The notes: generated by a model from the sequence alone, not told the origin. Positions 51,078-61,985 are shown, counted from the stretch's first letter. The stretch: DNA of 64,000 bases from an uncultured delta proteobacterium (GCA_963812015.1 CAWETI010000003.1:384001-448000), one strand, 5' to 3'. Made by a program: numbers and translations.

Positions 51078-51743
51078 ATGAGCCTCAAAGTTCTGATTGC
51101 CGATGATCATCGGATTATCCGAGAGGGTCTTCGGGAAATGCTCGAAAAAGAGCCTGATATCAAGGTGGTGGGGGAGGCGGCGGATGGCCGGATGGCGCAG
51201 CGGCTGGCTCGCGATTTAACCCCTGATGTAGTTGTCATGGATGTAAACATGCGGGAATTAAATGGTATCGAGGCCACTCGCCAAATTGCGGCCGAGGGGC
51301 GCGGGGTAAAAATCATTGCTCTTTCCATGCATGAAGATCGGCGTTTTGTTTTGAACATGCTCAAGGCGGGGGCGTCTGGTTATATGCTGAAGGATGATGC
51401 ATTTAGGAATTTAGCTAAGGCGGTCCGGATGGTGGTAGCTCATAAAACCTATCTTAGCCATGAGATCTCCGAGCTCTTGGAAAACGAGTGCCGGACATTG
51501 TCCGCCACCCTGGAATCTGGAGATTTTCAATTACTCACGTGCAGAGAACGGGAAGTCCTCCAACTGATTGCCGAAGGCCAGACTTCCCATCAAATTGCTG
51601 ACCATCTCCACATCAGTATAAAGACCGTAGAAACTCATCGTGGCCAGCTCTTCGCGAAATTAAAGATCAAGGGCGTTGCTGAACTGACCAAATACGCCAT
51701 CCGCGAGGGGTTGACCTCTGCACAATCTTGCCATAGGGACTAA
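51078..51743 (+). CDS. NarL/LuxR-family response regulator, copy 2
   Basis: Close paralog of 48801-49448 (shared [25 protein letters not shown]). Confidence 0.95.
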   Translation: MSLKVLIADDHRIIREGLREMLEKEPDIKVVGEAADGRMAQRLARDLTPDVVVMDVNMRELNGIEATRQIAAEGRGVKIIALSMHEDRRFVLNMLKAGASGYMLKDDAFRNLAKAVRMVVAHKTYLSHEISELLENECRTLSATLESGDFQLLTCREREVLQLIAEGQTSHQIADHLHISIKTVETHRGQLFAKLKIKGVAELTKYAIREGLTSAQSCHRD

Positions 51744-51966
51744 CGACCTTTGCCAGGGACAAAAGGTTGGCGTCGCTGGCCCCCAGGCATCTTGTCACTA
51801 GCGCAGTTGCTAAAAAGTCAAGTAATTGAAGGTAGACTCGGCATAGCGAAAGTTGCCCTATGGGAGCCTCATTTCTTGGTGAGTCAGGGTTTTATCCCAC
51901 GAAAAACCATAGATCTCCGGGTTTTTTTTGAGGACAATCACCATAGATTCGTCCTTGAATGAAAAA

Positions 51967-52758
51967 ATGTCCGAGAATCAGCAGTCAAAAGATTTGATGG
52001 CAAAATTGACCCAGGTTGATAGTAAATTGGAGGCCATCAATAGTCTCCTGGCCGATAAAGCTTCTCTCGACCGGCAGGCGCCGACGGCTCCGGATTCAGC
52101 CGATGCAGAGAACCCGGGCAACCCGATCCCAGGGTCCTTGGAAGATGCCGATAACGAGGAAGCTTCCCGCTCTTGGGCTCAGTCGAAAAATCCCTTGCCG
52201 CGCCGAGCCGCCATCACCGCATCGGAAGCCGAAAGTATTTTTCAAAGGGTGGAAAAGATCAATCGTGATGCAGAAATCTTGGAGAGGGTGGAAAGGCTGG
52301 AGAGGCAAAACCGCAAAATTACCCTTCTTGGTTCTCTGTTCATGACGTTCATGGTTCTGGTGCTTGCCGTCTTTACGGTCTTAATGTTTCAAGCCAACCT
52401 CTGGAGCAAGGGCGCCGGGCTGCAAGCTTCTCAAGGGGGCGAACCTCTCAAACAACCCCCAGCTCAGGAGAAGGCTGCCAAGGTAGATGAGCCCAAGCCT
52501 ACCGAGCCCGTTGTCAAAGTTACTGAGCCCAAACCAGCCGAGTCCATGAAGCCGGTCAGTGATGCCAAGCCCGCCAAGGTGATTCCTCCCGTAAAATACG
52601 TGGGTTCCATCACCTCCAACAAATACCATTATCCTAACTGCAAATGGGCGGCCGAAATCAACCCCAAAAAGCTCCGCACCTTCTCCTCCGTTAAAGAAGC
52701 TCGGGAACAGGGTTATATCCCATGTCCAACCTGCGGGCCGCCGCACCATGATCCTTAG
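51967..52758 (+). CDS. Single-pass membrane protein with Ada-type metal-binding domain, copy 2
   Basis: Paralog of 46438-47232; YVGSITSNKYHYPNC...GYIPCPTCGP; probable ATG at 51967. Confidence 0.8.
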   Translation: MSENQQSKDLMAKLTQVDSKLEAINSLLADKASLDRQAPTAPDSADAENPGNPIPGSLEDADNEEASRSWAQSKNPLPRRAAITASEAESIFQRVEKINRDAEILERVERLERQNRKITLLGSLFMTFMVLVLAVFTVLMFQANLWSKGAGLQASQGGEPLKQPPAQEKAAKVDEPKPTEPVVKVTEPKPAESMKPVSDAKPAKVIPPVKYVGSITSNKYHYPNCKWAAEINPKKLRTFSSVKEAREQGYIPCPTCGPPHHDP

Positions 52759-52858
52759 CAGGGCTGTTCTCAGGCAAAAACTTTAGAGCGCCTGAAGTTT
52801 CAACACCCGCCGACGGTAAAATTTCTTGTGGCTCCTGCAATTCCGGCAAGGCCTCTAA

Positions 52859-54484
52859 CCCGGATTATTCACGAAAAGTTCTTAAAAAAGGAAAGGGTAT
52901 CTGCTAAGATGCTGTAGTCGCTAAACAATCAGCTTCTCAGGCGGGATACCCTTTGAATACAGTCTGCCATAACCAGCTCACCTTTGAAAGCCTTTTTTCC
53001 AAGGAAGTCATCGCCGATTTTGAGGGCGGCCGGATCACCTCGGATGCCGGTGGTCTGCTCCTCCGGGAGTTGGACCAACGCTATCGCCTTACCGAGAAAG
53101 CCGCCCGGTGTCTTCATGATCCCCGTGATTCCCGCAAGGTCAAACACGGCCTTCTGGCCCTGGTGCGGCAGCGCCTGTTCGCCATTGCCCAGGGCTATGA
53201 AGATAACAACGATGCCGCGGCCTTGGCCCGGGACCCCGCGTTCAAGATTATGGCCGGCAAGGCTCCAGAGAGTGCTGCGGACCTGGCCTCCCAGCCCACG
53301 CTCTCCCGCTTCGAAAACCAGATGACCACCAAAGACCTGCGCCGGCTCTCGGACTGGTTTCTTGACCTGTACCTTAAAACCCATCCCGGCCCCCGGAAGG
53401 TGATCGTCCTGGACATGGACGCCACCGATGACCCGACCCACGGGCAGCAACAACTCAGCTTCTTCCACGGCTATTACGAAGAGCATATGTATCACCCGCT
53501 CCTCGTCTTCGACGGGCGCACCGGCTTTCCCCTGGCCGCGGTGCTGCGTTCGGGCAACACCCACGCCTCCAATGGTGCCCTGGCAGTGCTGAAGCGATTG
53601 ATTAAGAAGCTGAAAAAAGCCTATCCCGAGGCCCTGATCCTCTTCCGGGCGGATGCCGGCTTTGCCGTTCCCGCGCTCTACCGCTATCTGGAGCGGCAGG
53701 AAATCCGCTACGTCATCGGCTTCATCACCAACAGCCGGGTCTTGGCCCAAACCGCCACGCTCCTGTTAAAAGCGCAACGGCAGTACCAGGAAACGGGAGA
53801 GAAACAGCGGCTCTTCACTTCTTTCAGCTACCAGGCGGAGTCTTGGACCCGGCCCCGCCGCATCATCGCCAAGGTGGAATATGCCCATCTTGGCTCCAAT
53901 CAACGCTTTGTGGTCACTAACCTGATTCGTAACCCCCAGTTTGTCTACGACGACATCTATGTGCTCCGGGGCGACGTAGAAAACCGCATCAAGGAACTGA
54001 AGCTGGAACTCAAGGCCGACCGCTTGAGCTGCCACCGCTTCCTGGCCAACCAGTTTCGGCTTCTGCACGCCGCCTACTGCCTGTTTTGGCTGTTGCGCCA
54101 CCTCCTCCAGGGCACGGAACTGGCCACGGCCCAAGTCAATACCCTCCGCCTCAAGCTCTTGAAGATCGGCGCCCGCATCCGGGAGACCAGTCGCCGCATC
54201 TGGGTGCATCTGGCCTCGGGATATCCTTACCGCGACCTGTTGGCCCTGGTGTTGCAAAACTTGCGGGCCAGTCCCGGTTAATCGCACTACCCTCAGCTAG
54301 TCCACCGGCAACCGGGGGAGAGGTGCGCCCAAAATTAGCCCTGACACTGCATCCCCCAGGGCTTTTGCCGGAAAATATTACCTTGAGGCCCTTTCATCCT
54401 GCTCTCAGCCTGCCCCGCCGCCTGCAACACCTCCAAAAAACTCCATGAAAATGGCCATCTCATCTCGCTTATGAATAATGCGGG
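52859..54484 (+). mobile_element. IS1380-family insertion sequence
   Basis: IRs CCCGGATTATTCA / TGAATAATGCGGG; flanks CTAA and CTAG. Confidence 0.88.
52953..54281 (+). CDS. IS1380 transposase (DDE_Tnp_1_4)
   Basis: FEGGRITSDAG, GYEDNND, LASQPTLSR, DMDATDDPTHGQQ, RADAGF, RGDVENRIKE. Confidence 0.93.
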   Translation: MNTVCHNQLTFESLFSKEVIADFEGGRITSDAGGLLLRELDQRYRLTEKAARCLHDPRDSRKVKHGLLALVRQRLFAIAQGYEDNNDAAALARDPAFKIMAGKAPESAADLASQPTLSRFENQMTTKDLRRLSDWFLDLYLKTHPGPRKVIVLDMDATDDPTHGQQQLSFFHGYYEEHMYHPLLVFDGRTGFPLAAVLRSGNTHASNGALAVLKRLIKKLKKAYPEALILFRADAGFAVPALYRYLERQEIRYVIGFITNSRVLAQTATLLLKAQRQYQETGEKQRLFTSFSYQAESWTRPRRIIAKVEYAHLGSNQRFVVTNLIRNPQFVYDDIYVLRGDVENRIKELKLELKADRLSCHRFLANQFRLLHAAYCLFWLLRHLLQGTELATAQVNTLRLKLLKIGARIRETSRRIWVHLASGYPYRDLLALVLQNLRASPG

Positions 54485-54716
54485 CTAGGATAGCCTAAAC
54501 TGTATCCTGTCAACCTGAACTCGAAAACATTCAGAATGATCCTTAGGAACGCTCTAATAGGAGCGATTCGAAATATGTGAACCCAGCAAACCTTATTAAA
54601 ATGGTGAGGTAACAATTTGACCCACACTGATGATCCCTGAATTAAATTTCCCTTGACAATCAACATATACCTGTATAATGATTACACCTATGTAATTTTA
54701 AATCAAATGGTGAGAT

Positions 54717-55337
54717 ATGGCTTTTGGCAAAAAAGACGTAGTCGCTTTAACTGGACTTACCTATCGGCAAGTTGACCACTGGGCAACGACTGGCGTGGTC
54801 AGACCCTCGATTAAAACTGCAGCTGGCAAGGGTAGCCGGCGAGAATATTCCTTCCAGGATCTGGTGCAACTACGCGTCGCGAAGGCCCTGAGAGATGGCG
54901 GGATTAGTTTCCAAAAGATCCGCAAGGCCCTCTCTTGGCTGAGAAGGCATTTTCCGGAGAAAAAGTCGCCCTTGGCGGAACTCAGACTGGTTACCGATGG
55001 CGCCAATATTTTTATCGTGGACCGCAATCTGGAGAAGATTGTGGACTCGCTCAAGCAGGGGCAACTGGTCTTTTCTCTGGCTCTGGGGGAAATCATCGAA
55101 GGATTAAAGGGAGAACTTAAGAAACTCGCCATTCCCAGTGAAGAAAAGGTCTGGGTTGAAGACCGACAGTTCACCGTAATCCTCACTCCCGACCTGGTAG
55201 ATGGTTTCTTTACGGCGGAGTGCAGGGAGATCCCGAACTCCAACTTTCAAGGCGAGACGGAACAAAAAGCGTTAGATAACATCCTGGAGTTTTTAGAGGA
55301 ACGAGTGAGAAAAGGGCTAAGAGCCGAACAATTATAG
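54717..55337 (+). CDS. MerR-type HTH protein with C-terminal HicB-like domain
   Basis: TGLTYRQVDHW...VVRPS...GKGSRREYSFQDL; C-terminal FTVILTPD..GFFTAEC.EIP...QGETEQKALDNI. Confidence 0.8.
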   Translation: MAFGKKDVVALTGLTYRQVDHWATTGVVRPSIKTAAGKGSRREYSFQDLVQLRVAKALRDGGISFQKIRKALSWLRRHFPEKKSPLAELRLVTDGANIFIVDRNLEKIVDSLKQGQLVFSLALGEIIEGLKGELKKLAIPSEEKVWVEDRQFTVILTPDLVDGFFTAECREIPNSNFQGETEQKALDNILEFLEERVRKGLRAEQL

Positions 55338-55408
55338 ATAAAAAATTATGCCACCTAATCAGCGAGCCGGGTGGCACGATTGGGCTGAAATAAGGAGGTG
55401 AAGCCATC

Positions 55409-55534
55409 ATGCTCACAGGCGTCATAATCGGGCTACTGACGGGTCTTGTCGTCGGGTATTTTGCCTGCTCCTTCATGGTATGTGGAAAGAGTGCTCACCG
55501 CATGATGGAACAAAAATTGGCAAACTTGGAATGA
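55409..55534 (+). CDS. Small membrane protein, 41 aa
   Basis: TAAGGAGGTG RBS; MLTGVIIGLLTGLVVGYFACSFMVCGKSAHRMMEQKLANLE. Confidence 0.65.
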   Translation: MLTGVIIGLLTGLVVGYFACSFMVCGKSAHRMMEQKLANLE

Positions 55535-55667
55535 ATAAATCAGGGAAATCCTCAATGCCGGGGTCAGGGATCGCCTGGACCTTATCGGTAACCTCACCGG
55601 CCCAGGGTCTCTGCGGTTGACGACCTGAAGCCTGGCGAGATGAAACGACGGTGGAAAAGGAGATGTC

Positions 55668-56237
55668 ATGGAGGCCTTCATTCAGGTGCTGGAATCGACA
55701 ATTGCGGCCCGGGACCCATATACCGTTGATCATCAGCGTCGGGTAAGCCAGATAGCCTGTAAAATCGGCGGGGAGATGGGACTTTCCGAGGACCGCCTCC
55801 ACGATCTGCGGATGGCCGGCATGCTACACGACCTGGGCAAGATCGCCATCCCCACCGAACTGCTTTCCAAGTCAGGGAAACTGACCACCCTGGAGTTCGC
55901 CCTGATTAAAACCCACCCTCAGGTGGCCTTCAACATCCTGGCACCCATCACCCTGCCGGGCCACACTGTCATGATTATTCTGCAACATCACGAACGGGTG
56001 AATGGCTCCGGCTATCCCCAGGGTCTGAAAAGGAATAAAATCCTCCTGGAAGCCAGGATACTGGGCGTGGCCGATGTGATGGAGGCCATGTGCTCCCACC
56101 GTCCTTACCGCTCCTCCCTGGGGCTGGCGGAAACCCTGGATGAACTTACCCGGAACCAAGGGATTCTCTATGATGTTGCCGTCGTGGAAACCTGCCTGAA
56201 ACTCCATGGGCCAGACCTGCCAGCCCCCCTGGCTTGA
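55668..56237 (+). CDS. Stand-alone HD-GYP protein
   Basis: RDPYT, HDLGK, HHERVNGSGYP, HRPYR. Confidence 0.92.
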   Translation: MEAFIQVLESTIAARDPYTVDHQRRVSQIACKIGGEMGLSEDRLHDLRMAGMLHDLGKIAIPTELLSKSGKLTTLEFALIKTHPQVAFNILAPITLPGHTVMIILQHHERVNGSGYPQGLKRNKILLEARILGVADVMEAMCSHRPYRSSLGLAETLDELTRNQGILYDVAVVETCLKLHGPDLPAPLA

Positions 56238-56290
56238 GACTTGACCCCCACTCCAACTTAAAACTTGGCACAACCGCTGGGGGCAGGTCA
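56229..56290 (+). mobile_element. Solo IS3-family right-end remnant
   Basis: CTTGACCCCCACTCCAACTTAAAACTTGGCACAACCGCTGGGGGCAGGTCA is similar to 63329-63379. Confidence 0.8.
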
Positions 56291-56390
56291 GGGCAGGAGT
56301 CCATCCACCCTGCCAAGACCCCACTTTTGCTGGATTTTTCATGTGGGGCCTCTTGGCCTCCTCGTAACCGTCAGCCATTTTTCTTAAACG

Positions 56391-57191
56391 TCAGCGGGCC
56401 AAGTGACTCACAAAATCGAGTAACTTTTCCTTTTCCTCCTCAACCTGCTTGGCCTCGTCTTCCAGGATAATGACCTGATTCTTTCCCAACCTCTTGGCTT
56501 CGTATAAGGCTTGGTCCGCCCTTTCGATAAAGCTAATGCTGGTTTCGCCTGGCTGATATGCGGCCACGCCGAAACTGGCGGTCAACCTGGCACCGCAGTC
56601 AGGGAAGGTTATCTCCTCCAACCGACGCCGGAGACGCTCACCCAAAAGGGTTGCTTCCTTGGCGCTGATGCCTGGGAGCATCATAATAAATTCTTCTCCG
56701 CCCCAGCGCGCGATCAAGTCCTCCTGCCGGCTATCCTCCACCAAGAGGATGGCAAAAGCCTGGAGCACCTGGTCCCCCGCGTTATGACCAAAGGTATCGT
56801 TGATGGACTTGAAGTCGTCCAGGTCGGCCATGATGATGGACAGGGGAGTCTGGTGCCTCTGAGCAAAGGGCATGGCGCCGCCCAGGCTCTCCACGAAGAT
56901 ACGACGGTTGGCGATGCCCGTCAACGAGTCCGTATACATCAAAGTAATGATACGGTCATGAGCTATCCGCAGGCGGTTGAAACAACAAATAATCCCCCCC
57001 AGGACCAGAACCCACAAGAAACCATGCACCCAGCAGAGGGCCACGGCAGTCTCTGGCCACTGCTGGGCCAGGTTCCACCAAAGGGACGCCGCCACCACTG
57101 CGGTCCACAAGGCCAGGAGCGCCCAGGCATAGTAATTGAGGCGGGAGACCTCTCCGCAGCTGGCAATGTGCTGATTCATGATAGGTTGCAC
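56391..57191 (-). CDS. Membrane GGDEF diguanylate cyclase
   Basis: Two TM helices with a very short loop, DSLTGIANRR, NDTFGHNAGD, RQED, GGEEF. Confidence 0.9.
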   Translation of the reverse strand: MQPIMNQHIASCGEVSRLNYYAWALLALWTAVVAASLWWNLAQQWPETAVALCWVHGFLWVLVLGGIICCFNRLRIAHDRIITLMYTDSLTGIANRRIFVESLGGAMPFAQRHQTPLSIIMADLDDFKSINDTFGHNAGDQVLQAFAILLVEDSRQEDLIARWGGEEFIMMLPGISAKEATLLGERLRRRLEEITFPDCGARLTASFGVAAYQPGETSISFIERADQALYEAKRLGKNQVIILEDEAKQVEEEKEKLLDFVSHLAR

Positions 57192-57651
57192 CTTTGATCC
57201 TTGGGTAACTATGTTGCGACCTTAAGCCGCGGCATCATCTGGAGTGTAATATGCCTGACCAGGGCCAATCTGAAAATCAGGACTTACCCGGATTTTGGTC
57301 TGGGGGTTACAGGGTTCTTAAGGGGGGGATAGCTGTATTTGTAGGGAGTGCGGCGGGAAATACCAGCCATGGTAAGCTGGCCAAGGCCGCCAGGATCCTG
57401 GTCTTGCCAAGCTCAACGGTTCGGTTTTGGCTGCGACAGGTCTGGCGATCTTTTCTGGGCAAAGTCAAGATGGTTCAGGGGAATCGGTGTTCGCCCTTTT
57501 TCTCCATCACAACGCCACCTCGATCAGGGAGTCCCGAGGGACCTGGTGACTTTGCCTTCCTCACCACCCAGTCAGACCAAATCCGTCAACGGGGCCGGTA
57601 TCAATAACCATGCCCATGGAGCCCTGTTCGACAGGACCTTCTCAGCCGCGG

Positions 57652-59385
57652 CTACTTCTTCTCGGGGGCCTCGTCCTGGTTGATGGTTTGGGGGTGGATG
57701 GCAGGATGGTTTTTGAAAGGCTGGTACAGGGGGTCGCCGATGAGGATCTGCATCCAGGACACCTGGGGAACGGTGAGGAACTATACCTCCAACAGGGAGA
57801 GTTTCCCGGTCATGAGTAAGGGAAAAAACTGGTCCGGAAGGGGAAAGGAATGCAGGTAGGGTTCCGCCACCGGCCCCAGGGTGGCGGCCACCCCTTCCTC
57901 CAGCATGCGCTTGCACCACACCTTACTGCCCCAGCGCTTGAGCGTGGTCGCCTCGGCACTGGCCACGTGATAACCCACCGCGCCTTTGTTCCACGTAAAG
58001 GCGGGCACGTAGTTGGCCAGAGAGTACCAGCCGCAATAGAGCGCCGCATTGGGGCAGGACCCCGGGGGAAATACCGCCGGATTCTTATCCAGGACCACCT
58101 TTATATCAGAGTTTTTTTTCATCACCTCAGAGAGGTGGAGCAGATGTTGGTCAAACCAGACGTAGTTACCGGATTCTGCTTTGCCGGTAAGCCCCCGGGC
58201 GTCGATGTAAAAGACGCCGGTTAAGCCCGTTTGTTCCACTTCCAGGGCGTCATCCACCAGGCGCCGGGCAATGGCCGGGGTTGGCCCGTCCAGGCGGCCC
58301 ACCATCAAGGTCCTGGCCCTGACCCGGTCTATACCCGGCATGCGGTTATAGCTGAGATTAAAGGGGTTGGGCAGCCATCCGGCCTTTTGGTAGGGCCCGG
58401 CCATGATCAGGGTCATTTCACTGTCCACCGCCGCCATGCTCTGGGGCTTGCCATACAGTTGTTGGGCCTCATACCAAAATATCAGTTCCCCCAGGAGGCC
58501 ATTGGTAAAGCGAATGGCCGATGCGGTCCCCTGAGCAGTGTTCGGCAAGATGCCGCGAAACACCCCCGCTTCTCTGTCTTCCGGCTTGACGGATTGCAGT
58601 CCCAGAAGTTCTCTTAATTGGTTTGCCCGGCGCGGGCTTCGCCCCCGGGCCATTTGGGCCATCAAGGCTCGGGCCTCCGGAGAGGTTCCCTCCAGTTCCA
58701 TTAAGATGAACGAAATCTCGGCCCGGGTCGCCTCTGCCGCCGGGGTGGCCGGTTGCTTGTCGAGCCATTCATGCCCCTGCACCAGGGATTCCCGACATTT
58801 TTTGATCAATTCCCGCGTGGGGTAGGTCAACCGGGGCGGGGAGGTCACTCCCCCCGTCAGCCGGACCAGTTGGTGGACCAGTTGCAGCGCTTGGGCTTGA
58901 TATTCCTTGACCCTGGTGGATGCCATGGACCTCAGCTCCATTTCGGGTCCGGTAAGGGGGGTTGCCTTTACCCTCAGGGGGATCCCATAAACCAGCAGGA
59001 TGGCCGGGCTAGTGCCCTGGGCCTTTGACAGCTCCACCCTCGCCTTGACCGGGGGGACCAATTTCGCATCATAGTCCCGGCGGGACATGTCCTCCGTGGC
59101 CGGGACATCGACTCCCACCAAGTTACCGGCCGGCACCTTTCTTTTGCTGGCATAATAGGAGGCCACGGCCTGGCTCTCGGGCAGGTTGCGATTGAAGACT
59201 ATGACTAGGTCAGGGGCCGATAAGGCCTGAGACACCGAAGGGATAAATAACCATGCCATCAGCAGGAAAAATGCCATCCAGCCGGGTTTGGCGAAGGGAC
59301 GCAGGATTTGAGTTCGCCTCACGGGTTCCCGGCGCCTTAAAGTCTGTCGGCGGGGTGATTTACGGCGATTAGGAAAATGGGACAT
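57652..59385 (-). pseudogene. TIGR03790-family exported protein with in-frame TAG at 57781-57783
   Basis: GRLDGP, LYCGWYS, GAVGYHVAS.EA, GPVAEPYL..FP.P; conserved SWMQILIGDPLYQPF lies in frame after the TAG. Start uncertain. Confidence 0.8.
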
Positions 59386-60400
59386 AAGGATAATTTTCTC
59401 TCGCTTGCCGACAACCGAAGCCCTTTTTGCCGCAAGAGCCCCGGGCCGGACTAGCTGCGGCCCGGACTGATGACTGACATTTTCATAACCATCTAAACCG
59501 AGATTATGCCCCAGTCCGACTGTTCCTGATCCAAGATGAAAGGTTATCGGCCCTTTTAAGGGTTTTCCCCGACTGAATGCCGGAATATAGCCCCGCTCCA
59601 CTGGAATCTAGGTGAGCATGGTGGAGTCGATAAAATATACAATAATTGCAGATCTCAGATCTAAGAAAAATAATTCCTCCGTATCTATGAGCAATAATCC
59701 AAAACTAATAGTTTTATGGAGTATCAATTCCAGCCCCGCAACGCCCGTTCATGGATGGTAAGCCTAGAGTCGGAGGCCACATGCTCATACCATCTCCAGG
59801 CCTGGTCAAAAACTCTAAGCCCAAACTTGGTCAGCCCTTTTTAAAGCAATGCAACCAAGGGTGAAAGTCCGCGTAACTTGCCATCTCTTTCACTTATACC
59901 GCACCCGGTTTTCTGCACACAATGATTTATTGAGCTGCCCAGGCGAGTGAGGCTTGGGCGAACCACTGCGCCCGGGCCTGACCCCGCTCCGCCTTTTTCA
60001 CCAGCCATCCTGCCCCCAGCCAGAAAATCCCACGGCCCACCGTTTCTGCTTACACCGGGCGGCGGGCCGGTCGGTGACCGCCACGCCTGGAATCGGCGCG
60101 TTATTTAAAAACGCTGATCAGGTTAACCAGGAGAAACCTGGATAGTAGGGTTGCGACGAAAAAATCAGTATTTCCCCCCCTGATCAATCAGTACTTATCG
60201 GGATTTTCAGCCTAGGAATAAAGTTTTACCTATAAGGCAGGTTAGAGGTGGTTAGGATTCAGCCAGAGAAAGAATGGCCTGGTTGCAGCGGGAAAAGCCC
60301 CGGAAAAAATAAAATTAAACAATAAGCTCCAGGTCTTTTATAGGCGAAGAAGCATTGACCGCTTATCAAAACCCGTCTACCACGAGCGCATAAGAGGTTT

Positions 60401-60688
60401 ATGGCAATGGGAGATCTTATTTCGGCAGAACTACAGTTCTTACGTAAATATTTGATCAAAAGGTTGAATAACAGCGAATATATAATTACATTTGAGGAAA
60501 TGGTGACTTTAATTGCCCTAGTCAACGATTGCTTAAAAGCTGGGCCCGGCTCTATTTTCGATTTACTCTCTGCCTTGCATACTAAAAAGATGGATTTGTA
60601 TATCACAAAGTTCATTCTCCTTAGAAATCATTTGGTTAATAATAACCGCGATCTTAATTTTCTTGAATATTATCAGCAGAGTAGATAA
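60401..60688 (+). CDS. AT-rich hypothetical protein
   Basis: AAGAGG RBS; 95-aa ORF downstream of operator-like boxes. Confidence 0.45.
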   Translation: MAMGDLISAELQFLRKYLIKRLNNSEYIITFEEMVTLIALVNDCLKAGPGSIFDLLSALHTKKMDLYITKFILLRNHLVNNNRDLNFLEYYQQSR

Positions 60689-60780
60689 AATTGTCGATAA
60701 TTTATTAGAATATATGACCTGCCCCCCAAAAACTGATCCACATGTTAAGTTAGAGTGGTGGATCGAATGGAGGCAGAGAG

Positions 60781-61985
60781 ATGAGCAAGAAGCGGTTTAC
60801 TCCGGAGCAGATCATTGGGAAGCTTCGGGAAGCAGAGGTGGCCCTGGCACAGGGGGAGACGGTGAGCCAGGTTTGCCGAACCCTGGGCATTTCCGAACAG
60901 ACTTTCTATCGTTGGCGCCGGGAGTATGGTGGTTTAAAGGTAGAACAGGCCAAGCGGCTCAAGGCTCTGGAGCAAGAGAATACCCGGCTGAGACGGGCGG
61001 TATCGGATCTCACCCTGGACAAGCTGATCCTCCAGGAGGCGGCAAGGGGAAACTTCTAAGCCCGACCCGTCGCCGGCAATGCATCGAGCATATCCGGAAG
61101 GCTCTACCGGTGTCGGAACGCCGTGTCTGCGGGGTGATTGGGCAACCGCGTGCGACCCAGCGTTACCAAGCTACCGAGCCTGATGACGAGGTGGGGCTGA
61201 CTGCTGCTATCATTGGCTATGCCACCAGGTATGGGCGATACGGCTATCGCCGCATCCTGGCGTTTTTGCGAAGTGACGGCTGGTTGGTGAACCATAAGAG
61301 AATGGAACGAATCTGGGGACAGGAGGGGCTGAAGGTGCCCCAGAAGCAGCCCAAGCGGAGCAGATTGTGGTTAACCGATGGATCTTGTGTTCGTCTCCGG
61401 CCCTGCTGGCCGAACCATGTTTGGTCCTACGACTTCGTGATGGCGCGGACCCACGATGGCAAGGCTTTCCGTATGCTCACCATCATTGATGAGTACACGC
61501 GGGAATGCCTGGCCATCGAGGTATCCCGGCGTTTTGATGCAGATGCGGTGTTATATCGGTTGACGGAGCTGTTTGTGTCACGGCGCCCGCCAGACTATAT
61601 CCGATCGGACAACGGGCCTGAGTTTACGGCCAGGGCAGTTCGGGAGTGGTTAAGCCGAGTAGGGGTCAAAACGCTCTACATTGAACCTGGCAGTCCTTGG
61701 GAGAACGGTTACAACGAGAGCTTCAATGGAAAGTTGCGGGATGAGTTGCTCAACGGGGAGATTTTCTATACCCTGAAGGAGGCCCAGATCCTGATAGAGC
61801 GCTGGCGGTGGGAATACAATACGGTAAGGCCTCACAGTGCCTTGGGGTATCGACCACCCGCACCCGAGGCCATCGCCGTGACCCCCAGAGATCCTGGCTA
61901 CGCTATGCTCCGCCAGGATCTCTGGCTTGACTTGATGGTCTGCTCCCCGAAAACTGGACCATTCAAAATGAGAGAATTTTGCTAA
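60781..61985 (+). CDS. IS3 transposase OrfA (60781-61059) and OrfB, -1 frameshift
   Basis: [12 protein letters not shown]; slippery GGGAAAC 61047-61053; [24 protein letters not shown]. Confidence 0.92.

Noticed and set aside
60663..61060. N-terminal part of the 440-aa ORF 60663-61985
   Set aside because: Open OrfB frame overlapping OrfA; the real product comes from OrfA by -1 frameshift.
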